Origin: an uncultured Methanoregulaceae archaeon
GTDB lineage: Archaea; Halobacteriota; Methanomicrobia; Methanomicrobiales; Methanospirillaceae
Length of the DNA: 64,000 nucleotides
NCBI GenBank assembly: GCA_963841015.1
Contig: CAWJAX010000002.1
Coordinates: 448,001-512,000 of the forward strand
Direction: 5' to 3'
Made by a program: the position numbers and the translations under genes. The notes beneath the pieces are model-generated. The model was not told where the DNA came from and did not search any database. It saw nothing but the letters and a program-made list of their open reading frames with translations. Of the stretch, positions 1 through 10,157 are shown piece after piece. How positions within the stretch are numbered: position 1 is the stretch's first letter; each line of letters starts with the position of its first letter.

Positions 1-66
1 TTTACTGCTTCAGAAATCATCTATCACGGCAAGAACATGATGACCGAGGAAGTCTGGAAGAGATAA
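1..66 (+). CDS. 3' end of an unidentified CDS running in from the left edge
   Basis: Open frame FTASEIIYHGKNMMTEEVWKR* ending TAA at 64-66, followed by a pyrimidine/T tract (terminator-like). Confidence 0.45.
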   Translation, partial: FTASEIIYHGKNMMTEEVWKR

Positions 67-210
67 CTCCCCTTCTTTTTTCATGAAATTCCTATGAAGG
101 CATCGTAATTCAGCCGGATTATGTTGGAGGAATAGTATCAGATGCCCCTATGACAGGGAAAAAGGACTCAACAGAAAAAATATTTCCCCGTAGAGGGAAA
201 CCTGCCAGAG

Positions 211-1179
211 TTATGGCGGATCTATAGGCATTTTTATGCCAAGGTAATAGGCATGAATCCCCAGTAAAAGATAAATGGGGAAGAGCACCTGGTAGCTGTT
301 TGTCTCACCCTGGTACTTGAACAACCAGACTGTTGCGGTGATGTCAATCTGGAAGATCATAAATCCCCACCATTTTCCGAGATAGCCGTAACCCATGCCG
401 GGGAGTAAGAAGTTGAGAAATCCTGCAATCACCGGATTTTTTATCAGCTGCGGTCGTTTAGCGAGTTGGCGGGGAAGGTGCAGCAGCGCTATCCCGACTT
501 TGGAGGATGAAAGAACTGAGTTCCACCTCACTTCCCTGTTCTCGTCAGACAGCGATCGCATAAGAGCAGGTGTAGCATCAGCATCCCCGATCTCCCCGAG
601 CAGTTCAATTGCCTTTATGCGGATATTGGCATCACGGTCCCGGAGGAGCTTGTTCAGTGCCGGAATAGAGGATTTTCCGATAGTCTTTACCGCTCTCCAT
701 TCCTGCATCGCGATAAAATAATAGGCCCGCTCTGTGGCATCGGCCGGTTTCCACCCCATTTTTGCAAGGGAAAATGCTGAACTATAGCGCACATATTTGA
801 CGGGATCCCTGAGTGCCTGAACAAGGGGATTGATTGCCCGTTCATAACCAATCTCTCCCAGCGCAATTGCTGCCTGCCACCGTATTTCACTGTCCTTGTC
901 TTTGAGGGCTGCAATCAGGGGCTCAACGGAACGGGGATCCTTGATAATTTCCAATGCCCCGATAACACCGAGTTTGACTGCTTTGTTTCTTGTCCCCAGT
1001 GTTTTAATCAGCTGTTCTCCTGCTTCAGGGCCGAATGTCCCAAGGGCTTTTGCCGCCCTTGTATATACATCAAGATCCGCAGATCGCAGTGCCCTGATGA
1101 GTCCTGCAATATCCTTTTTTTGGGTCATCGCCTCAATATCGGGTTTTTTTGGTTTGAAGAGGTCAGAAAGTGGCAGCAT
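211..1179 (-). CDS. HEAT/PBS-lyase-repeat protein with C-terminal TM2-like membrane domain
   Basis: Repeated 'IRWQAAIALGEIG...AINPLVQALRD' units; C-terminal NPVIAGFLNFLLPGMGYGYLG plus hydrophobic helices. Confidence 0.85.
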   Translation of the reverse strand: MLPLSDLFKPKKPDIEAMTQKKDIAGLIRALRSADLDVYTRAAKALGTFGPEAGEQLIKTLGTRNKAVKLGVIGALEIIKDPRSVEPLIAALKDKDSEIRWQAAIALGEIGYERAINPLVQALRDPVKYVRYSSAFSLAKMGWKPADATERAYYFIAMQEWRAVKTIGKSSIPALNKLLRDRDANIRIKAIELLGEIGDADATPALMRSLSDENREVRWNSVLSSSKVGIALLHLPRQLAKRPQLIKNPVIAGFLNFLLPGMGYGYLGKWWGFMIFQIDITATVWLFKYQGETNSYQVLFPIYLLLGIHAYYLGIKMPIDPP

Positions 1180-1187
1180 GTTTTATC

Positions 1188-2120
1188 TCACAGGTCGTGC
1201 ATTTTTTTTACCATGTAGTAGGTCTGTATTGCAAATATCCAGGTAAACGGGTAGGCAAAGATAAACGGAAACGGGACATCGGTATATAATTGTACGAAGA
1301 CCATGGAGGCCATGAAGCTGGCGTAAATAAGAAACCCATACCATTTCTGGAGGTAACTGTACCCTATGCCAAAGAACAGGAAGTTGAGGATTGCCGCCCC
1401 GACGGGACTTGGTGTTGTCCAGGGACGACGCGAGAGAATCAGGGGAACGCGGGTGTTACTTACCCCGCATTTTCTGGCACCAACCACCGCTTTCCAGCGA
1501 ACAACGGGGTCAACATCCATAAGAGCCGCTTCACAGGTTTGTGTTGCTTCATGGCCCCGGATACTGCTGAGCAGATCGATAATTTTCCCCCTTGTAACAG
1601 GATTTTTATCCTTGAGGATATCCGTCAGGGGATCAACTGCTGCCAGACCCAGTTTTTTTACCGATTCCCAGTCGTTCATTGCAATAAAAGCATACGCCCT
1701 GTCGGTATCATTTTCCGGCTGCCAGCCCAGCATTGTCAGCGACTTTTCTGATCCGTAGCGTAAGTACCGGTCCCCATCTTTCAGGGATTGTAATAATGCA
1801 GGAATTGCCCGTTTGTCTCCGATTGCCCCAAGAGCCAGTGCTGCGACCCAGCGTACTTCATTGCTTTTGTCCTTCGCCAGCGTTTGGATGAGCGGCTCCA
1901 CTGATCGCGGGCTTTTAATATCTCCCAGTGCTTCTATGACACCAACACGGACGTTTACCTTCGGGAATGCAAGGATTTTGAGGAGAGGATCGCATGCGAT
2001 CTCTCCCAGGGATCCAAGGGCATCTGCTGCATGCCACTGTATATCATGTTCGCTATGATTCAGGAGATGGATCAGGCGTTTCACATCATGAGTTTTTTTC
2101 ATCGCTTCGATGTCTGGCAT
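1188..2120 (-). CDS. HEAT-repeat protein with TM2-like C-terminus (tandem paralog of 211-1179)
   Basis: Same architecture (PDIEAM..., VRWVAALALGAIGD, AAILNFLFFGIGYSYL); 8-bp gap to the paralog. Confidence 0.85.
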   Translation of the reverse strand: MPDIEAMKKTHDVKRLIHLLNHSEHDIQWHAADALGSLGEIACDPLLKILAFPKVNVRVGVIEALGDIKSPRSVEPLIQTLAKDKSNEVRWVAALALGAIGDKRAIPALLQSLKDGDRYLRYGSEKSLTMLGWQPENDTDRAYAFIAMNDWESVKKLGLAAVDPLTDILKDKNPVTRGKIIDLLSSIRGHEATQTCEAALMDVDPVVRWKAVVGARKCGVSNTRVPLILSRRPWTTPSPVGAAILNFLFFGIGYSYLQKWYGFLIYASFMASMVFVQLYTDVPFPFIFAYPFTWIFAIQTYYMVKKMHDL

Positions 2121-3451
2121 AGGTGTCCCGAACGGTGTGTTGCTGTATATTCTGAAAAAAATTTATTCATGTCCTATATATCTGAATGATTCAATGCAGG
2201 TTATGAAATTTTTGATTTGGTTGCGTAAGAAGAAGGTAGGATAAAAATTCAGATAATCTTCATTACCGCTGATCATAGTGTTAATTCGCAGTCACTGAGG
2301 AGGATGGGCACTCGGCTGGGTGGTAACCGTGATGCAGGTGAATCCCGCCAGATCAGAACCACCTACGTTTTGAATCACAAGTAGTCACAGCGACCATTGC
2401 CGTATCTCAGGATGTTGGGGACGGTGGACGCTATGCCCTCATTAACATTCATAATGCCCCTAAGGGGACAGGGTCAGCTCAGATAATCACCTCACTAACC
2501 CTCCCTGTGCTGGTCACAATAGCGGGTTCCAAGATCATCCATACGAAAACAATAAGCGATGTCAAAATCGGTGAAATTGTCCCAGGTCATGAGATTAGAG
2601 ATCAGCCAGCCAAAAAGCGCTAAATAGGCACATTTTAAACCTTAGAAATCAGGTATTTTGCCTTAAAAACCGAAATTTTTTAGATTTTGAAAAATAATGC
2701 ACCTGAATTAGGCTTTTTTAGCACTAAATTCAAATCTGCGTGATCCAGAATTGCTATTGTTTTGTCAATCGGAGCCTGTGTGGGGCATATTTTTCCTGCG
2801 ATCGCTCAATTCCCCCCTTCATTCCCTCCTTGGATCATTCCCAACCCGATCCCAAAAAACCGGCATCCTCAAAACAGGCCTTTCTTTCGTTTCCGCATAC
2901 TCCAGCCTGTAATTGCAGACTTCCGCCTCTAAATAGGGAATAATAAGGCCGGTTTTCCTTGCGGTAAAATCGGGTATTTGCTATTCCCTGCGATTAAACC
3001 GGAGATCTGGGAATTAATGATTAAAAACGCTCCAATAAGACCGGTCGGCAGGAACCGGCCAAAAAGTGAATATGCCCAAATTAAGCCCTGATTGCTTTTT
3101 TAATCCTGATTTGGCAGATACGAAAGAGTTTTCCCAAAAAGTGGTTTGGTGGCAGGGGTCTTCAGGAGGTTATCATCATTCTTTTATGAGATCCATTCAG
3201 GTTCCTGTTCACTGATGCTGGGTCTGGTAGCCAGGAATGTCCCGCAGGAAGATCCCTGATCAAAAATGAGCGCTGGTGTGGATCCCGTAATCAAATACGA
3301 AGATCCGATTAGGAGGAACTGATATTTCTGGCATGGTAAAAAGGGGATATCGTGCACTCTTTATATTCTCACTCTTAATCCCTGTCGGATCATATGCTAA
3401 TTATTATAAACTGACTCGACTTAAAATGGATCTTACTGGGGTGATTGTGCT

Positions 3452-4084
3452 ATGGTGAAGTTTGAATGCAACTGGTGCGGGAAATGCTGCGGAAGCTTTG
3501 GGGATTTCATAAAAATTGAACGACAGATTACCGAACATGATTATTTCTGCCGGTATGGAATCACCAATGAACTCTTCAGGGTTCATGTGCTGCCGGAATA
3601 TGCGGATGAATTTGCCGAAAAATTTGAGGAGATGGAGAGCAACGGCAGTAAGGATCCCGCTCAGAAAGGGTGCGTATTTTCAAAAAGGAATCCTGATGGT
3701 CCGGGGTTTGTGTGCATCATTTACCCTAACCGCCCCACGATCTGCAAGGAATTTCTCTGCTATCGTATGCTGATAAACCACCGACATACCGGAGAGCTCC
3801 GTGGGAAGGTCATCGGGCTCAACGAGCTCAGGACCCATGATGAGATACTCGTGGCGATCTGGAAAGAGAAGATTGCTCACCTGCCACACCCGTTTGAATC
3901 GGGGCACCATAAGGTGCAGCATTCCCATGCTCCCGGACATGAGAAGTCCCATGGGCATGATCCGCATATCCTTGCCCATATATACGGGCCGGCTCATGCC
4001 GATGATCGCGAATGGGTTGAAAATGTCCTGACCGTCCTTGCTGCACACGGCTACCATGGGGATCCGGTTGAAGAGCACAAGTGA
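3452..4084 (+). CDS. YkgJ-family (CxxCxxCC) Zn/Fe-S cluster protein with His-rich insert
   Basis: FECNWCGKCC, C.F, C.IYPNRPTICKEF motifs. Confidence 0.85.
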   Translation: MVKFECNWCGKCCGSFGDFIKIERQITEHDYFCRYGITNELFRVHVLPEYADEFAEKFEEMESNGSKDPAQKGCVFSKRNPDGPGFVCIIYPNRPTICKEFLCYRMLINHRHTGELRGKVIGLNELRTHDEILVAIWKEKIAHLPHPFESGHHKVQHSHAPGHEKSHGHDPHILAHIYGPAHADDREWVENVLTVLAAHGYHGDPVEEHK

Positions 4085-4222
4085 CGATAATAACGCAATT
4101 ATTTTATCCTTCTACGGAACAGGAACACCTGAAGCTATCCGTGTAAAGTGGATGGCTGGAAAAAGAATGCACTGCCGGACTACTGAACCTTGGTGTACTG
4201 TGCCAGCATGGATATTTTATGG

Positions 4223-4711
4223 TTACTGCTTACCTTTCATGTTTTCCGGAGTGAGCAACCATTGAAGATCACCGGATGGACGCCGGGTAAATGAGAAATG
4301 CCGGATTTTTGCGAGGCCCGCTTTTGCAAAACCATAAGAACCATTATCTCCCGTGATTTTACTGGTAAGCATGGATACCCAGGGTTCATGTCCTACGACA
4401 AGCACCGATGCATGTTCCCCATAACCTGATGCGTGGTAACAGACAGTATCCAGGTCGCCACCCGGTGCAAGTTCATCCCAGACAACGAGCCGGTCTTTTT
4501 GATCTAGCACCGATGCCACAATCTTTGCGGTTTCCCGGGCACGTTTCAACGGACTTGTTGCGATAGCATCGAATCTGATCTTGTTTCCCTTCATCCACTG
4601 AGCAACTTTTTTTACCTCCTCCTTTCCCTTGCGGGTGAGTGCTCGGGCTGCATCAGGAGTACCGTCAGAAGATTTTTCTGCTTTTCCATGGCGGAGAATG
4701 AAGAGGTTCAT
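4223..4711 (-). CDS. sixA: Phosphohistidine phosphatase SixA
   Basis: LFILRHGKAE, R.LT..G, SPLKRARETA, VVGHEP motifs; start moved to ATG at 4711. Confidence 0.9.
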   Translation of the reverse strand: MNLFILRHGKAEKSSDGTPDAARALTRKGKEEVKKVAQWMKGNKIRFDAIATSPLKRARETAKIVASVLDQKDRLVVWDELAPGGDLDTVCYHASGYGEHASVLVVGHEPWVSMLTSKITGDNGSYGFAKAGLAKIRHFSFTRRPSGDLQWLLTPENMKGKQ

Positions 4712-4844
4712 ACACAAGAGAATCCTTTCTTCAGATATGAATATTTTCTTCACTTCAGTGTGTAACGCAATTTTTCAGCATGGTTTTTTTCGCTGATGAG
4801 CCGGAGTTTTGGCAGTCGCGGATTATTAAAAAATGGTAATAAAT

Positions 4845-5277
4845 CGGCTCTGGAATTCCTTTTCCATTGATTTGAAATTCAGGATGCAAGTACGAGTAAG
4901 GGGGGACATGAGCCTGTCCCCCCATAACGCCTTGGGCCTGGCAATGATGACGGAACACCTGTTCAGGGTTTATCGCATCGGGAGCGCCACAGCGGCTGGG
5001 GTGAAACCCCTTGAGCGTTCATCCGGTGATTGAGCATTTTCCATGAAAAATGAACTATCCGGGTATGATACGATACTTTTTTCCACACTCCTCCATCTAC
5101 GATGATCACCGCCGCCCTCGAAGGGACGCCCCCGCGGCGGATCAGGAACAAACAATTCCAAAAAAAACCCCCTGCCCATCGTGCCTCTAAAGAGGCCCTG
5201 AGGCGGGGTTCCATCCTATACATAACGATTTTCTTGGTTTGAGTGCGAACACTCTGTTCATGCCTGTTTCTCCAGAG
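4845..5277 (-). repeat. Dispersed intergenic repeat, full-length copy (modules A+B)
   Basis: Reverse complement aligns along its length with 26886-27325; several GC-rich hairpins. Confidence 0.9.
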
Positions 5278-5344
5278 TCAATAATTCAAAATTGTCTCTG
5301 AGTAGTAAAAGGCCGGTATCTGGCAATCAGGAATCCTTTGACGA

Positions 5345-5897
5345 TTATCGGGGTAAAAGGATGTTGTGTTCCTGAATGGCTGGCGGTGCAACCCGACGGA
5401 TTGTGAGGGAATGGCCAATCGGGGGTTTTATTTCGATAGTGATTATCTGCCGGGGAACAAGAGGTGCCTTAGGGTTGATGCGGATAACAAACCGCTCTTC
5501 GTTATCGAGCCGGTTGTTAGGACTCCCTACCTCATTTTCCACCCGGATGATGCCCCAGAAACCTTTTGGTGGATCCCCATGGAAGCCTTCGACCGGGCGG
5601 AGAGTTTCTGTACGAATGGCATCGGCATAGACCAGGGAAAGCTGTTCCATATCCACAGATTTGTGGCTGTCAACAAGGCCGACGGTGAATGTAATCGTGT
5701 CGATGGTGCCGCCCGGTATGCCAAGGCCGGTCACCTCTCCAAAGCTTTGCAGGATCTCCTGTGGGTTATTGCCAAGGACCGGGCAGGGTACTCAGGGACG
5801 GTTCTGGTGGCACGTCCGTAAAGGTATCGGAACAACCGCCTGTAAGAATAAGGAGGATTAGCACGGTCGTCAGGAAAATATACAGCCCCTTTGTCAT
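5345..5897 (-). CDS. Lipoprotein carrying an archaellin-like globular domain (one frameshift near 5781-5783)
   Basis: ATG 5897 gives MTKGLYIFLTTVLILLILTGGC (lipobox). Removing one base from the GGG at 5781-5783 joins it to ITFTVGL...LDNEERF.I.INP...IEIKPPIGHSLTIRRVAP, typical of archaellin C-termini. Confidence 0.65.
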
Positions 5898-6034
5898 AGA
5901 GACTACTCTTGCGATCTTGTAGTAGAAATCATGTGTTTGTGGACTAGAAAAACAATTGGGTCGTTATAGCGGGATTATATTTTTGCTATTAACAAATAAG
6001 TAAAATAAAATAATAGCGATTCTGATTATACCTT

Positions 6035-7792
6035 ATGGGAAGGGTGACCTTACATTTCAGCGAAGATGACTATCAGCTCTTCCATCACTACTGTGCGAAT
6101 TATTGTCGTCTCCATGATGAAACAAGGAAAAACTCAATAAAAATTATTCTTGAACTCTATAAACACCAGATAATCGACATCCAGGAGCACAGCCTCGATA
6201 ATATTTTTACGTTTTTTTACCAGAAAAAACTGGAATTTGAGACAGATTGTAAAATCCCCGCCAGTGATGCGAACGAGCTTATGCGACTCCGGATAAGTTC
6301 TGACATTCTGTCGTTTTTAGAAGACCTTGAAAGAATATACCGCCTCATACGAAAAAAAAATGCAGAAGCAAATTACATCCTCATAATGGGTGCATTTTCA
6401 AAGATTTTTGAGGAGGAAACACAGACACGGCTGGAGGATCTCCATGAAGCTGCATCGGGTTCAATCAATGCCATCGTTTCACCGCTGGGAGATGCAATAG
6501 AAAAAAAACTCGGGCCGGAAGTCGACACCCGGATACTCCTCTATGAACTGGTGAGCTTTACAGAAATTTTTAACCGGCTTTCACCGGATCTTACTTTCAG
6601 TGATGATATAATCGAGCTTCTCGCCCCCCCGTTCATCAAAAGGTTTGGCAATGCGGAAAACTACGAAGAGATCCATACTCTCTTAAAGGACCATCGTGAT
6701 CAATTTCAGATGGATGAACTCGAGTCTGCACTCGAAGGAGGTATCCATGCACAGAACGTATGGGGTCTTGAATTTTCTTGGGAACAACTTCTCGAACCCC
6801 TGCGTGCACTCAATGAACTGGTTGCGCAGAACCAGAACCTCATTCGGGTGCCTCTCGATGTTCTCTCGGCTCTCGAAGCGCCGGTGAAAGAAAAACCTGC
6901 TCAGGCAGAGTATTCGCAGCTGACCCTCTATCAGAAACCCTACGGTATGGTAAGGAGGCGGAATGATGAAAACCAGTTTCTCGTTAAGGTTGATAACCGC
7001 TCGCGGAGCGAAGTCCAACTTACCCCTTACACGGATTTCATGCCCCGGGTGCATTCTCAGGAACAGAAGTACAAACAGTACTTCTCTCTCACTGCGGGTA
7101 TTTTGGCATTATTAGTGATAATACTGGCCATCATCATCCTTTCTATCGCGAATGCTCCGGCCTTTCCCTTTGGGAACACCACCAGTGGAGTGGTTGCTGC
7201 GAAAGATGCAACGATTGCTGCTTCAGCCACGGTCAGGCCGATCACAACCGTCCCGACAGCGATACCCACCCCAACACCGACTCCCCAGTACGTAACCGTT
7301 GAACCTGTCAAACCAGAACCCGATACCGGAATTAAAGGCAACAGAGCATTGTTTGATAATCCGGGGGTTCTCCCGGTTATGGTATTCGATCCCAAAGAGT
7401 ACGTAACCATTTTCAAGAATAATATGTCGTATAATCTGGAAAATGCTTATAAAATTTCCTTTGATCTGAAAAACCCTCCCATGGTAATCCACTATAAGGT
7501 TGTCCCGCAAAACATCACCGATGTAAAATGGTTTGAACCACGGGATGCCAAAAAGAAAATTAATACCACAACTCTTTATCGCCCGGACGAATTCGCATGG
7601 TTTGAATTGAAAATCTATGACAAAGAAGGTCTCTCTCAAAAGCAGGGTTGGGGCAGGTTATATGGAATTCCCCTGACTACCCAGGAGGTCGTTATAAGGG
7701 ATGGTGGCATGTACCAGATAGAATTTTCAGGTCAGCATGTCACGGTCAGTTCAGAAGTACTGGTGAAAAAAGAAGGAAATATCAATTTTTAA
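6035..7792 (+). CDS. Hypothetical single-pass membrane protein (helical N-domain, TM, Pro/Thr linker, external C-domain)
   Basis: 585-aa ORF; TM LTAGILALLVIILAIIILSIA; PTAIPTPTPTP linker. Confidence 0.75.
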   Translation: MGRVTLHFSEDDYQLFHHYCANYCRLHDETRKNSIKIILELYKHQIIDIQEHSLDNIFTFFYQKKLEFETDCKIPASDANELMRLRISSDILSFLEDLERIYRLIRKKNAEANYILIMGAFSKIFEEETQTRLEDLHEAASGSINAIVSPLGDAIEKKLGPEVDTRILLYELVSFTEIFNRLSPDLTFSDDIIELLAPPFIKRFGNAENYEEIHTLLKDHRDQFQMDELESALEGGIHAQNVWGLEFSWEQLLEPLRALNELVAQNQNLIRVPLDVLSALEAPVKEKPAQAEYSQLTLYQKPYGMVRRRNDENQFLVKVDNRSRSEVQLTPYTDFMPRVHSQEQKYKQYFSLTAGILALLVIILAIIILSIANAPAFPFGNTTSGVVAAKDATIAASATVRPITTVPTAIPTPTPTPQYVTVEPVKPEPDTGIKGNRALFDNPGVLPVMVFDPKEYVTIFKNNMSYNLENAYKISFDLKNPPMVIHYKVVPQNITDVKWFEPRDAKKKINTTTLYRPDEFAWFELKIYDKEGLSQKQGWGRLYGIPLTTQEVVIRDGGMYQIEFSGQHVTVSSEVLVKKEGNINF

Positions 7793-8211
7793 CAGCATTA
7801 CCGGGAAATTTTTTCATGAGCCAGTGATATTCCCGGTTAAAATCTGACGCCTGACAAAAGAGGTTCCTCTGACTTTTTTATTCGTTACGTCTTGCCCGGA
7901 ACCGTACCTCAAAGCAGAGTTGTGGATAAAAAAGAATAGGTCCATGAATACATGGCTTTGAATGGTGATAGTACCTTTTCGCATCCAAACGAATCTACCG
8001 GAACCAGGCAAAATCCCCTGCATTAAAAAGTTGCTTATAAATCAGTCCTTGAGTAATCGGGGCTTTAAATACTGTCCGCTCCAGTGGAAGAAAAGGGGTA
8101 TAAAAATATGATCAATTTGCCGGATTGGTAAAATATTTAGTATACAATTATTAAATCTAAAAAATCATTTCAAATCGGGAGATTTTTCCTCTCATAGAGC
8201 TTCTTTTCTCG

Positions 8212-8883
8212 TTATATGCGGATGCGTTTGCTTTGTTTCTTCCAGTAAAACCATCCGATAAGAATTATGACGATGATGACCATTACAGCTGCGGTACCCA
8301 ACAGGATACTTTGTAGGAACAGTTCCTGCAGGAATACCGTGGCAATGGCGATGCCGAAACAACCGATGAATGCCCCTGTCGCGATGGCAAGGAACAGCGG
8401 TATTTTTTCCATACCCAGCAGGTTCCCGATAATGGTGCCCCGGATGCCCCCGCTGCCCGTGACCGGCACCATCACAAGCACGACAATGCCGGTAAAATAG
8501 AGTTTTTTTAACCAGGGTCGTTCTTTGATAAATTCATCAGCCTTGCTGATGAATGATTTCATCATCCTGCCAAGCACGGGAATTTTAAGCGCGAGATCGA
8601 AGTTCCATCCCATGAATAATGCAGTCTCAATATCGATCATCATGATCGACAGGGCCATCAGCCACCAGGGGATACCCAAAACAATTCCTGCAGGAATCAC
8701 CGTCTCTTTTCCTGCCGGCGGAAGGATGTAGGCAATCATGAGCCCGATGACAATAAGAAAGGAGGGATTGTCAAGAAAAAAATACAGGAAAACTATCTCG
8801 GTAGCAACGAGTGCTAACGGTAAGGTAAGCTTGAGAGTACGGACAAGATAGGGATTGTCCCTGAGGATTTCTGCATATTCCAT
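8212..8883 (-). CDS. Small multidrug export (COG2426-like) membrane protein
   Basis: Multi-TM; LPPAGKETVIPAGI and VMVPVTGSGG..G..IG.LLGM motifs. Confidence 0.75.
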   Translation of the reverse strand: MEYAEILRDNPYLVRTLKLTLPLALVATEIVFLYFFLDNPSFLIVIGLMIAYILPPAGKETVIPAGIVLGIPWWLMALSIMMIDIETALFMGWNFDLALKIPVLGRMMKSFISKADEFIKERPWLKKLYFTGIVVLVMVPVTGSGGIRGTIIGNLLGMEKIPLFLAIATGAFIGCFGIAIATVFLQELFLQSILLGTAAVMVIIVIILIGWFYWKKQSKRIRI

Positions 8884-9139
8884 GGGATAGTACAGGATGA
8901 TATGGAGCGCAGGTCTTATGTAAACAGATCTTTTGGATTTTCCACCCCCCGGCCTTCATATGTGCCGCATAAGAATTGACGCTGTGATGTGCCCTGTACC
9001 TTTCGTGCAAGACCTTATCTGTCATGCCGTGAAGGATCAGAATACAGCTCATGATATATGCGATGGGGCTGACGAGGTGGTTCTTATATCGGAAAAACAC
9101 ATTCAGTGTGTAATGAAATCCTGCATCGGAAAGGCAGGA

Positions 9140-9598
9140 ATGCGGCGTCTGATTCTCTGCATACTGGCACTTACTGCGTTGAGCGGGTATGCGCTTGCAC
9201 ATAATCCTGCAGGTGTGGTAGTGTCGTATGATGAAACTACCGGAGATCTGGGTGTTGCGATCACGCACCAGGTGGACAATCCCGCCACGCATTATGTGAA
9301 ACATGTGACCGTACGTCAGGGTACCACGGTATTGATTGACCAATCCTATGACAGCCAGCCGGAAGCATCGGCTTTCACGTACCGCTACAATCTCCCCCAG
9401 CTGAAAGGGAGCAGTGGGGTGATCCGGGTCGATACTGAGTGCAATATCGGGGGCTCCCGATCAGGGACCCTCACCCTTGGTGCGACACCGGTGGCGGGAA
9501 CACCGGTTGGTGCACCTCCTGCCCCAACCCGGGCACCGCTGAGTGTTTTTGTAGCACTCCTTGCAGCAGGATTGGCGGCATCGCGTATCCTGGTATGA
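9140..9598 (+). CDS. Secreted, C-terminally anchored superoxide-reductase-like metal-binding domain protein
   Basis: Signal peptide MRRLILCILALTALSGYALA|H; H...TH...HYV...CNIGG; Pro/Thr linker and C-terminal hydrophobic anchor. Confidence 0.65.
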   Translation: MRRLILCILALTALSGYALAHNPAGVVVSYDETTGDLGVAITHQVDNPATHYVKHVTVRQGTTVLIDQSYDSQPEASAFTYRYNLPQLKGSSGVIRVDTECNIGGSRSGTLTLGATPVAGTPVGAPPAPTRAPLSVFVALLAAGLAASRILV

Positions 9599-9841
9599 TA
9601 CCCTTTTTTTCAGACTCGCAGGATCTTTTGGGTCTTCAGAGTATTCCGTAAAAAATCCTTATAAGGATATCATCATAGTACCGGAGGACAAAAGAACAAT
9701 TCCCCTCATAACACCCTTTGCCAGAATTATTATTGACGGGTAATTCCTGATCCTGAAATAACGGTGGGTGATGAGCCGGAGTGGTGAGCGTGAAAAACTC
9801 CTGATTGTTTCTCGTGCCATCGGGTATTTTTATCGGGCCTG

Positions 9842-9975
9842 TTTTTTAGGGCAATGTGAAAATTTAGCACCTAATTTTTTCCTTATGTCTCCTTAATATA
9901 TGCCCCCCAAAACACTCCTGGGGGCTTCGGTAACGCCTTCGCCCCCACCGTTGTGGCGACCCCCACAATGCGATA
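9842..9975 (+). repeat. Short-subfamily copy of the intergenic repeat
   Basis: Core CCCCCACCGTTGTGGCGACCCCCACAATGCGATA at 9942-9975; left arm matches the reverse complement of 57406-57500. Confidence 0.8.
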
Positions 9976-10157
9976 GAATGTATTACCTTATTTCGAGCAA
10001 TGACAATTGTTCAAAAAAAACGAGATACTTTTTTTCGATAATTTTTAGTTTATTTTTATAAAAATATTTTTTACTTCAGACCCTCAATTTTTATTTTTAG
10101 GGTTTTATAAGCACTTCACCCTTTTTATTTACGGCCGGGTGTGTTTTACCTCCCGGC

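Noticed and set aside
2174-2223. Box-like sequence upstream of the HEAT pair (minus strand AAATTTCATAAC-CTG-N15-ATATATAG)
   Set aside because: Spacing fits but only 7 of 12 bases match and there is no first repeat; may be generic AT-rich promoter sequence, which is also a caution for the weak box copies.
2121-3451. RNase P RNA, SRP RNA or tRNA in the large intergenic gap
   Set aside because: No GAGGAAAGTCC, SRP helix-8 or T-loop/cloverleaf signatures seen on either strand.
9768-9804. Possible C/D box sRNA (GTGATGA...CTGA)
   Set aside because: Only about 37 nt, no clear internal D'/C' boxes, and the motif belongs to the repeat-associated sequence.
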